Shown here: positions 40,535 to 48,894 of the stretch, piece after piece
Layout: each line of letters opens with the position of its first letter
How positions within the stretch are numbered: the first letter of the stretch is position 1
IMG/VR virus record: IMGVR_UViG_3300018080_000167
Span: 1-64,000 of that record
Strand: one strand, 5' to 3'
Length of the DNA stretch: 64,000 nucleotides
Origin: a virus
Program-made: the position numbers and the translations under genes
Notes under the pieces: model-generated
Told to the model about the DNA's origin: nothing
What the model saw: only the letters and a program-made list of their open reading frames with translations
Database searches by the model: none

Positions 40535-40912
40535 ATGGATATTAAAGAATTTATTAAGAAACACAATATTACAATTGAAAGCAAAAAAACATATCAGAAT
40601 CTTAATATGTCATCTTTCACAGATGCTGATCACTGGAAATGCACATTGAAGATGGATGATGCCGAACATAATTTTTTCTTTTCTAAAGGATATGGACACA
40701 AGGGGAAGGAACCTACTGCTGATGAGGTTATCGAGTGTTTCGTTTCAGATTTAAGCTTTGACGATTTGTCATTTGATGAATTTTGCGATGAGCTTGGACT
40801 TGATGCGTACAGAGAAAACAGAAGAACATATAATGCAGTTCAAAAACAAAATTATCACATTAAAATTCTTTTTGAAGATTGTTTTGATGAATTACTAAGT
40901 CTTGAATTTTAA
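40535..40912 (+). CDS. conserved acidic phage protein
   Basis: HWKCTL...FFSKGYGH..EPTADEV...SFDEFCDELG; followed by terminator 40920-40948. Confidence 0.7.
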   Translation: MDIKEFIKKHNITIESKKTYQNLNMSSFTDADHWKCTLKMDDAEHNFFFSKGYGHKGKEPTADEVIECFVSDLSFDDLSFDEFCDELGLDAYRENRRTYNAVQKQNYHIKILFEDCFDELLSLEF

Positions 40913-41062
40913 AAATTTATGCCTTGCCTAATGGTAGGGCATTTTTTTATGTCCATAAAACATTATTATTGTAGATATTAGTGCAACGTATTAGTGTAAA
41001 GCCACTAAGAAAAAATAGGTAGGTTTTCTATCGTATGATGCAAAAAAATTACATTTTTTTAA

Positions 41063-41091
41063 TTGAATGTATTAGTGCGATTAGTAGATAT
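41063..41091 (+). promoter_or_regulatory. class II promoter TTGAAT-N13-TAGTAGATAT
   Basis: Upstream of HNH-like gene. Confidence 0.6.
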
Positions 41092-41108
41092 TAAATGTAG
41101 GTGATATT

Positions 41109-41615
41109 ATGAAAAGAAAAGAGCATAAAATTATTGACTGCATTGAATGCAAACATTGTTGCAAGTGTAATACTTGGAAACCGCTTGATGCATTTTATAA
41201 ACGCAAACGTAATTTGGATGGGTTGAAGGTTCAGTGTAAAGATTGTGAGGAAGAATACCAAAAAGAGCTTCGGAAAACAGACGAATGGAAAGAATACCAA
41301 AGAGAATACAAACAGACAGAAAAATACAAAAAATACAAAAGAGAATATCAAATAGAATATCAAAGAGAATATATATCAAGAGAAGATGTTAAAGAAAAAA
41401 AGAATGTTAGAACAAAAACAAGCCGTTTATTAAAGAAATTATTACCACAATGGAAACGTAAATATATACTATGTGAGATATGCGGCAAGGTTCCCTATGA
41501 GGAATTTCATCACTTTGTGTATAGTGCAGATAAGCTGTTGTGCGGACTTTTTGTGTGCGGGGCGTGTCATACGAGTTACATAATAAATCTTCTGATCAAG
41601 CCCCATAGGGCTTAA
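41109..41615 (+). CDS. HNH-like endonuclease
   Basis: CCKC..KPLDAFY...CKDC N-terminal Zn domain; CEICG...HH...CGACH. Confidence 0.6.
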   Translation: MKRKEHKIIDCIECKHCCKCNTWKPLDAFYKRKRNLDGLKVQCKDCEEEYQKELRKTDEWKEYQREYKQTEKYKKYKREYQIEYQREYISREDVKEKKNVRTKTSRLLKKLLPQWKRKYILCEICGKVPYEEFHHFVYSADKLLCGLFVCGACHTSYIINLLIKPHRA

Positions 41616-41950
41616 AAATAAACCACTTTTTCAATCATATCTAATAAGCAAAATCAACTTTTATATCTTATGCTGTTCGCTCCCTAATAACAATAATGCG
41701 TTTACTAAAGAAGATATTATTGTATCACCATAGGGTAATATATTAAAGCAGTTATTAAAAAAGGTATTATTGCGACATCTGGATTGACATCCTGGGACAG
41801 ATCCGCTCTCATCACTTAATGGTGTATGTATTATCGTTTATATTATTGCGCTTTCTGATTTATTAAGGAACGTATTAGTGCAAGGCGGGAGGGGTATTAA
41901 AGAAGGTATTACTGTATTATAAAGATTAAAAAAATATCAGAAAACATCTC

Positions 41951-41966
41951 TGGCACAAAATTTGCA
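41951..41966 (+). promoter_or_regulatory. sigma54 (-24/-12) consensus site
   Basis: TGGCAC-AAAAT-TTGCA exact consensus. Confidence 0.6.
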
Positions 41967-42045
41967 AAACATCATATAGGTGACCCATTTTTACCTACGT
42001 AATAAATACATACTTTGCAGATTAAAATTAAGAAATGTTGTAGCT

Positions 42046-42061
42046 TGGCATAGAAAATGCA
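42046..42061 (+). promoter_or_regulatory. second sigma54-type site
   Basis: TGGCAT-AGAAA-ATGCA, GG-N10-GC spacing intact. Confidence 0.5.
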
Positions 42062-42102
42062 TCTAAGGATGGTAAGATTAAAATAATGTAATATAATAGA
42101 CC

Positions 42103-42130
42103 AAAAAAATAGGCGGGTTAGACCCGCCTA
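42103..42130 (-). terminator. intrinsic terminator of leftward mini-operon
   Basis: TAGGCGGGT-CTA-ACCCGCCTA plus T7 on minus strand. Confidence 0.75.
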
Positions 42131-42642
42131 ATATTAAACTTCCGCAACCTGAACAGCTTGGATAAAGTTCTCATTTGAACGCATTGTTTTCTTTGCCTTT
42201 GTTATTGCCTCCCCTGCATAGTTTGCTTGTACGTATGCTTTATTACAAAAGGTACATTCTGGACATACTTTGTAAGAAGAAATGAATTCAACAAAATATT
42301 CTTTCATTTTGCCTCCTAGTGTGTTAAAGAGTACCATACGCCGAAACCGCCACGAGGATAAATGCAGCGATTTTTTATTGCACACTTGATTTCAATTCCG
42401 TAATAATTTACTTTTCTTTTGAAAATCATTTTTTTAATTATCTTTAACATTATATCCCCTTAAGAATAAAACCCCCTCTCTTTTTTTTACCTATGCTTCC
42501 AAAAGGTCCATAGGATCAAAGTAATTGAAACCGTAAAGAGTGAATCTTTTGTCACGATACCCCTCATTGATTAGTGCTTCCGCATATTTCAAGAGACTTT
42601 CTTTTTCCATTTTTCCTCCTATTAAAAAAGGGTTTACTTCAT

Positions 42643-42685
42643 TCTCATTCACAGCACATCGGATTGAAAAAATAGAGATTAAAAT
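42643..42685 (-). promoter_or_regulatory. class I early motif
   Basis: TTTTAATCTCTATTTTTTCAATCCGATGTGCTGTGAATGAG; core 42661-42667. Confidence 0.7.
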
Positions 42686-42702
42686 CCCCTCTCTAAAAAG
42701 AT

Positions 42703-43005
42703 TTAATCTTCGTGTTTTTCTCTGTTTTTTTCATAACATCTTTTTGCGACCTCTTTAAAGATGTTGTTTCCATTATCTTCCGCGCGATAATCTGTGATGT
42801 GCGTGATAAGACTATTTGTGCTTTCTTCGTCAAGACATTCGCTTTGAAGCCGACCGCGACCGGCTACCCTGATTCTACGCTCTTTTGTGCCGCTTGCCTT
42901 GCGTGAATTGTAAATTGACCAACAAGTTGGACAATTGCCTCTCGGCTTCCTTAATCCTTTATAACGAGGATGGTTAGGACATGTTACTTGAAATAACGCT
43001 TTCAT
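42703..43005 (-). CDS. hypothetical protein with C-x2-HP-x-YKGLR-xn-C-x2-C motif
   Basis: CPNHPRYKGLRKPRGNCPTCW; AGGAGG RBS; class I motif upstream. Confidence 0.65.
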   Translation of the reverse strand: MKALFQVTCPNHPRYKGLRKPRGNCPTCWSIYNSRKASGTKERRIRVAGRGRLQSECLDEESTNSLITHITDYRAEDNGNNIFKEVAKRCYEKNREKHED

Positions 43006-43042
43006 AACGCCTCCTATTAAAAAATGTTTTATTGTTTGTAGC

Positions 43043-43250
43043 TCTCACATTGACTGCACATGGGATTGAAAAAATCCGATGAAAAATCTAAAAAATTTTT
43101 TGTCTAAGATTTTGACAGGTAAATTTTACATAGGTAGAAATTACATAGGTAAAAAATCCATACTATAGAATTATTACCTATGGTATTATTGCCTTGTTGT
43201 TGTTCACCTACCATTGAAAGCACATCGGATTGAAAAAATAAAGATTAAAA
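43043..43250 (-). promoter_or_regulatory. two tandem class I motifs (cores 43063-43069 and 43227-43233) separated by a non-coding repeat-bearing spacer
   Basis: TTTTTTCAATCC(C/G)ATGTGC in both. Confidence 0.65.
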
Positions 43251-43508
43251 TAAAAAAATACAATAATAAAAAATGATGTGCTTGTTATATATAATAGTAT
43301 TATATAAAGATTAAAATAAAAAAATATAAGATATACGATTGTAAAAAATACTATGTAAAAAATGGAACATAGTAAAAAAACCATACCGAAAAATACATAG
43401 TATATTTTTTTATCCTTGTTTTTTGCGAAAAAAGAATGATTTTTTGTTTGGAACAGAACTTGCTATATATATAATATGACAACAACAAATAAAAAAAATA
43501 AAAAAAGG

Positions 43509-43536
43509 TTGCGCAAATAAAAAAGCATCGTATACT
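43509..43536 (+). promoter_or_regulatory. sigma70-type promoter TTGCGC-N16-TATACT
   Basis: A-tract UP element; duplicated leader TAGAGAGGAAAACAAA..AAGGAGG. Confidence 0.6.
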
Positions 43537-43571
43537 TGAAATAGAGAGGAAAACAAAAAAAGGAGGTCGTT

Positions 43572-43703
43572 ATGGAAAAGGCATTGAAAGAGATCAGTAT
43601 TGTAAAAAATAATGGGAAAGTAAGAGAAATAAATGGAAAAATGTATCCTGTTTGTGCATGGGACACTAAGTATAGTAATCGTAAAAACTTAGAAAAAAAA
43701 TAA
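43572..43703 (+). CDS. 43-aa microprotein
   Basis: AGGAGG RBS; MEKALKEISIVKNNGKVREINGKMYPVCAWD... Confidence 0.5.
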   Translation: MEKALKEISIVKNNGKVREINGKMYPVCAWDTKYSNRKNLEKK

Positions 43704-43710
43704 AAAATGG

Positions 43711-43738
43711 TTGCACAAACGGAAAAGGATGTTATAAT
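43711..43738 (+). promoter_or_regulatory. sigma70-type promoter TTGCAC-N16-TATAAT with extended TG
   Basis: TGTTATAAT; A-tract upstream. Confidence 0.7.
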
Positions 43739-43771
43739 AGAATAGAGAGGAAAACAAATAAGGAGGTAATA

Positions 43772-43864
43772 ATGAATAGTGAAACAACAAAACGTATTGT
43801 TTATCTTGTCGTAAAAGGCATTGTATTGGGTCTTATTGTTAGTGCTATTATCGTTTTTGCATAG
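43772..43864 (+). CDS. 30-aa single-pass membrane peptide
   Basis: MNSETTKRIVYLVVKGIVLGLIVSAIIVFA; AGGAGG RBS; terminator 43877-43905. Confidence 0.55.
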   Translation: MNSETTKRIVYLVVKGIVLGLIVSAIIVFA

Positions 43865-43923
43865 TATTCAATTTATAGACCCGGTTTTTTGCCGGGTCTT
43901 TTTTTCTTTTTTCAGGAGGTCGT

Positions 43924-44409
43924 ATGATTCATTCAAATAATGTAGAATTTTCAGAACTTAATAATGGTTTTGAGATTAGATCTTTTTCGGATGGTAGAAT
44001 CCCATCTGGATTCTTTTTTTATGATAACAAGAGGATCGCCGATGCATGTCGGGATGTGATACGTCAAGCCGATTTTTTCGGCTTAGATGAAACCGATGTA
44101 TATATCGGATGGATGTTTTTTGTTGAAGGTATAAAACACGATGATATTGCATTTTTAAGTGATTATACTATTGGTCAAGTAAAAGGTAGAATACAAAAAA
44201 TCACAAAAAAAGCAAAAAGATTGTTAGGTTATGGAACATCTTTTGCATCTAAAAAAGGTTTTTATGACAAGGTGAAAAAAGCAAATGAAAAGATACGAAA
44301 AATGAAAAGTGTTTCATTTAAAAGTATTACAGAAAAGAAAAAATATGATTTTTTTAATCATAACATTGTACTGCATACGATGAAAAAGAGAATAGAAAAA
44401 ATGAAATAA
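43924..44409 (+). CDS. protein with sigma region-4-like HTH
   Basis: FFVEGIKHDDIAFLSDYTIGQVKGRIQK resembles ECF sigma4 pattern. Confidence 0.5.
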   Translation: MIHSNNVEFSELNNGFEIRSFSDGRIPSGFFFYDNKRIADACRDVIRQADFFGLDETDVYIGWMFFVEGIKHDDIAFLSDYTIGQVKGRIQKITKKAKRLLGYGTSFASKKGFYDKVKKANEKIRKMKSVSFKSITEKKKYDFFNHNIVLHTMKKRIEKMK

Positions 44410-44426
44410 AAAAAAATATATTTTTC

Positions 44427-44453
44427 AAGGTCGGATAAAACCGACCTTTTTTT
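44427..44453 (+). terminator. intrinsic terminator
   Basis: AAGGTCGG-ATAAAA-CCGACCTT plus T-run. Confidence 0.75.
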
Positions 44454-44519
44454 GTGCTGAAATAATTATTAAAATAAAAAAATATTATTCAATTGGCATA
44501 GAATTTTCCACAAAGAGTA

Positions 44520-44815
44520 TATGTAAGGTAGCGGGTAGGGTTCTTGGAATCAAAGGTACTTTATGAAAAACAGGAAAATCGGCGGGGGGTGCCCAAAACA
44601 ATTGTCCAGCCCCTTTTTTCATTAGGTGGGTAGTTTATATGGGCGGGGGAGGGTTTCTTTTTGATTTTTATTGAAAAATTATTTTTTTTGGGTTGAGCAT
44701 TAAATTTTTTCGGGGGGGCTTGTTGAGCATTAATTTTCTGAAGAGTTGGGGGACACGTTGAAAGGATTGGGTACTCCAAAATAATTGGGGGACACCCCAA
44801 AATAATTGGGAGACA
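44520..44815. repeat. G-run-rich non-coding block with short direct repeats
   Basis: GTTGAGCATTAA x2, TTGGGGGACAC x2, CCAAAATAATTGGG x2. Confidence 0.7.
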
Positions 44816-44834
44816 TTATTAAATTTAAAAAATA

Positions 44835-44862
44835 TTGGAAACATTCTCTGATTAGTAGATAT
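44835..44862 (+). promoter_or_regulatory. class II promoter TTGGAA-N12-TAGTAGATAT
   Basis: Heads the right-arm operon starting at 44912. Confidence 0.65.
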
Positions 44863-46651
44863 TGTAATATAGAGGTGGGACAGTTACTTTTACCCTTAGG
44901 AGAAAATTATTATGAAAGATAAGGTACTTGAGGCAATAAATGGAAATATTAAGAAATGGAAAAATATTAAACGAGGGAAAGGGGCAGATGAGGGAATAGA
45001 TTGCCCTCTTTGCCAACTATTCTTTACAAATGATTGTAGGGGTTGTCCTATTTATGAACAAGGTGGTTTTCCCTACTGTGTCGCTACCCCCTGGGCTAAA
45101 TGGTCTGATCATCAGCGAATTTATCACGACAGAATGGCAGGTGAAGGAGTAGGACCACTTAAGATATTGTGTAGTAAATGTAGGAGTTTGGCTGCTGAAG
45201 AGATAAAGTTTCTTAAAGGGGTTCGCAAACGATATATTAAAAATAAAAAAGATTATGAACAGATATTGCGGCTTATGACAGACACTTATTAATAATTTTG
45301 AAAGGAACCCATTATGACAATCACACCGATTAAATGGATGCGAGTAAAGAGAAATATTCTTTTTGTATCGTCTATTCCGGCGCTTGATGCTGAGAAAAGA
45401 TGTTATGGCTTGACAGAGTTGATAAATCCGAAACAGGCGCTCTTTAATGATCGCATTGAAGTGTTGGGCAACAATGGCAATTATATCTTCGACTTTGAGA
45501 ACGAGGTGGATACCTTCTGCGAGCTTTTAAATTTCTTTTGATCGTCGCTATGCGACAAAAACAAGGAGAAAAAAAAAGAATGAAAGCAGTATGTAAAAAA
45601 TGCAAGTATTGTAGATTCGAGCAGACAATTTGGGGTTTTAATAGCTATTATAAATGTCTTGTTGAGCCAACAGATATTACTATTGATTTTGTAACAGGAA
45701 ATGTGATATCTTGTTATAGAAGGTGCTCTGATGTAAACTCAGATGGTCATTGTAAACATTTTAAATATAAGGGGTGGATAAAACTACTTTTTGACCACCT
45801 TTTCAGAGTGGGGTTTTGAATATGAATGTAAATTTAATTGGAAATATACCGGCAAAAGAAAATGACTGTGTGACGGACGACAATCTTGCAGTTGCATTGT
45901 GTACCTATTTTGAATCGCTTCCAGAATGTCCAGAGGATGATATCAATACAGAAGTTGGTAGGTCTCAGTGGGCAATGGATAAAACAGATAATCTTTTGAA
46001 AAGAATAATAGAGGTGGTTTCTAATGAAAAAACCGATTGAAATTACTACACACCAGATAAGAAATATTGTTAAAGAACAGAAAAGACTCTCAGAAATGAT
46101 TCAGGATTACGCATATTCAATTGACAACGCGCTTGACGAACGCCCAGACATCCAAGGGATGATAAAACATACCGACCTTTTTCCTTGGTACTGGATAAGT
46201 TATGGCGAAAAGTGTTATGCCTTTGAGGTTGTAGAGGCATTCCCAGCCAATGAAAATGATAGGTACCCAAAGCCTGGGACACAATTATATTATAATGACG
46301 AATGCAAGGTACAAGATGAAGATGGCGTTGAAATGATGGTTAATAAAAGTATTACTACTATAGAAGAGCAGTGTGGAGATGTCGTCTGTAAGTTTATCGC
46401 AGAGGCGCACACCTATCTATTAGGGAAAGAAATTTCAAAGCTTATTAAGGGTAAAAAATTATGAAAAAACTGATAAGAGTAGATAAGAAGAAAAACGATG
46501 GTTTTGTATATGACTATGATCAGATAGTAGAACTTACAGGTAAAACTAGGGAATATATTGGTGGTGAAGCTTTATTTATGACAAACGTTCAAGCGGTAAT
46601 TTTAGCAATGCAAGAATGTGGCTATGTTGAAGTAATTAACGAGGGGGGAGA

Positions 46652-46948
46652 ATGAGTAAAGCGCAAAACAAATATCGGCGCAGCAAAAGGGGTAAATTTA
46701 ATGAGCGGCTCAATAAAAGGCTCAGACAGTGGCGTAGAGTATATGGTTATAAAACAGAAATTGATTTTGAAGAATTTATTAAGAAATATTCAGATTGTGG
46801 GGAATGCGAATATTGTGGCGAAAAGGGTGTAAAGCTCCTTTTTCATCTTGGAAGCCATGTTGCTAAAAAGATTGATAACACAATTAGAATTGAAGACATA
46901 GATTTTATTTGTCAAAAATGTCTTTATAATGAAATAAGGAGATATTAA
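46652..46948 (+). CDS. degenerate HNH-like Zn-binding protein
   Basis: CEYCG...H...ICQKC. Confidence 0.4.
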   Translation: MSKAQNKYRRSKRGKFNERLNKRLRQWRRVYGYKTEIDFEEFIKKYSDCGECEYCGEKGVKLLFHLGSHVAKKIDNTIRIEDIDFICQKCLYNEIRRY

Positions 46949-46949
46949 T

Positions 46950-47384
46950 TTGAATGTAACAGTATATACAGACGGTTCATCAAACTCTATTAGGCTGTGT
47001 GGCAACAGAAGGGGTGGCTGGGCAGCAGTATTCGTAGAAGACGACAATCCAGACAAAAAGGCTATGCATATTTGCGGCGGCGAGGAAGATACTACGAACA
47101 ACAGAATGGAAATGACGGCAGCGCTTGAAGCTTTAAAGTTTGCTGATCTTTATGACAATATGACAATTTATTCTGATTCGCAATATGTTGTAAAGGGGTT
47201 TAACTCTTGGATACACGGATGGTTGAAAAATAATTTTAAAGATGGTACTATAAAAAATCAGGATCTTTGGGGAAAGTTTATACCATATCTTGCAATGGAT
47301 AACATTACTATTAAATGGATCAAGGGACATAGTAAGAATAGGTGGAATGATGAGGCGGATAAACTTGCTCGCCGCGCAAGGTAG
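46950..47384 (+). CDS. rnhA: ribonuclease HI
   Basis: VYTDGS, TTNNRMEM, YSDSQYV, WIKGH, NDEADKLA. Confidence 0.95.
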   Translation: MNVTVYTDGSSNSIRLCGNRRGGWAAVFVEDDNPDKKAMHICGGEEDTTNNRMEMTAALEALKFADLYDNMTIYSDSQYVVKGFNSWIHGWLKNNFKDGTIKNQDLWGKFIPYLAMDNITIKWIKGHSKNRWNDEADKLARRAR

Positions 47385-47767
47385 TTTTTAAAGGAGAAAA
47401 CGATGAAAGAAGAAATTTTGAAAAGAATCGACATTTTAGCAGAAAGGCTTGAGGTTACGGGGCGACAACTCTTTGGAATTGTTACAGAGGGTATATTGTA
47501 TTCGAATATTGTTTATATGGTTATTTATGGTGTTGTTTTGGTTGCCCTTTTGTCTGTTTTTCGTAAATCAGCAAAAAATGTTATTGGACTTAGTAAATTA
47601 TCAAAGGAAGAATGGCAAACAGAAGACGGTAAAATAGCTTTAGGAATTATTGGTTTTGCTACGCTTTGTGCGACACTTCTTATTGTTTCCACACTTTTAA
47701 TCAGTAGTATCGCAAAATGTATTGCTCCCGAATACGCCGCTGTACATGAAATTTTAGAGGTTCTTCG

Positions 47768-48472
47768 ATGAATATAGCTTACAATGGAGATGCTATTAAA
47801 CTTGCAAAGAAAACCGAAAACGAAATTGTTGATTTAATCCTTACAGACATTCCGTATAATATTTCAAGGAAAAATCAGCTACACACAATGGGCAGGACAG
47901 GCTTTGATTTTCAATGGGATAAAAATCAATTTCTTGTTGATTCTCTCTATTATATTTTGCCATTACTTAAAAAGGGCGGCTCTTTTATAACCTTTTCTTC
48001 TTTTGCTCAGTGTGGTGAACTTGATAAACTTATGGCAGAATGTGGAATGTTAAGAAAAGATAAGTTGATATTTGTAAAAAAGAACCCTATGCCTCGCAAC
48101 ATTAATAGGCGGTACGTTGCAGATGTTGAGGTTATTAATTGGTTTGTTAAGAAAGGCAAAAAGTGGACATTTAATAAACCGCCAGAAACCCCTTATTTGC
48201 GCTCTATTCTTGAGCATCCAGTAGCTACACATAACTCAAAGTATCACCCGACAAGCAAGCCAATTGGACTTCTTAAACAGCTCATTGAGGTTCATAGCAA
48301 TAAAAAGGATTTGATTTTCGATCCATTTGGCGGCAGTATGACAACTGCAGTTGCAGCCTATGAGCTTAATAGATCCTTTTTGATATGCGAAAAGAATCAG
48401 GGTAATTTTTTGAAGGGAAAAGAGTTTCTTAAAAAGCATAGGGTTAAATTTACAGACGGAGGTAGCAGATGA
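47768..48472 (+). CDS. DNA amino-methyltransferase (beta class)
   Basis: LTDIPYN catalytic motif, HPTSKP, FDPFGGS. Confidence 0.9.
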   Translation: MNIAYNGDAIKLAKKTENEIVDLILTDIPYNISRKNQLHTMGRTGFDFQWDKNQFLVDSLYYILPLLKKGGSFITFSSFAQCGELDKLMAECGMLRKDKLIFVKKNPMPRNINRRYVADVEVINWFVKKGKKWTFNKPPETPYLRSILEHPVATHNSKYHPTSKPIGLLKQLIEVHSNKKDLIFDPFGGSMTTAVAAYELNRSFLICEKNQGNFLKGKEFLKKHRVKFTDGGSR

Positions 48473-48840
48473 TAGCGTTGGCAGGACTATCAATTTTTCT
48501 TGTTGTTTTTTTTGTTGCATTCTATGTTGTTCTTACGCAGCGATATAGTGAAAGGATGCAAGTTGAGCAATTAAAATCAGCCCTTGGGCTTAAAACAAAG
48601 GAATTTAATAAAGAAAGAGCGGATAATGACAAAATTATGAATGACATTTTAGCAAGAAAGGAAAGAGAAAATAATGCAGCAATATATGAGCTTGTTAAAA
48701 AACATGAGGCGGAAAAAGAAAAGCTTAAAATGATGGCTAAGTCGTATAAAGAATTATATAGCTCATTGGCGACAATAATGGAGAATAATAAATTTGTTGC
48801 CGAAGATCAGTGGGACCCAGAAAAGGAGCCGCCGCCATAG
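48469..48840 (+). CDS. membrane-anchored coiled-coil protein ending in PPP
   Basis: N-terminal TM helix; C-terminus EKEPPP-stop overlaps tRNA-like element. Confidence 0.6.
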   Translation: MIALAGLSIFLVVFFVAFYVVLTQRYSERMQVEQLKSALGLKTKEFNKERADNDKIMNDILARKERENNAAIYELVKKHEAEKEKLKMMAKSYKELYSSLATIMENNKFVAEDQWDPEKEPPP

Positions 48841-48885
48841 TGTAATGGCATCACGGCAGGTTTTCGACTTATAGTGGCGGTTCCA
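48831..48885 (+). pseudogene. tRNA-Glu(UUC)-like element lacking variable and T arms
   Basis: Acceptor GCCGCCA/TGGCGGT, D arm GTG-TAATGGCAT-CAC, loop TT[TTC]GA, ends T-CCA; only 55 nt. Confidence 0.6.
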
Positions 48886-48894
48886 CTATTTTTA
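48871..48894 (+). terminator. possible intrinsic terminator overlapping the tRNA-like 3' strand
   Basis: ATAGTGG-CGGTT-CCACTAT followed by T-run. Confidence 0.5.

Noticed and set aside
41781-41787. Fourteenth class I motif
   Set aside because: Core matches but the upstream T-tract and the GTG at the expected spacing are missing
44494-44509. Third sigma54 site TGGCATAGAATTTTCC
   Set aside because: Lacks the conserved GC at -12
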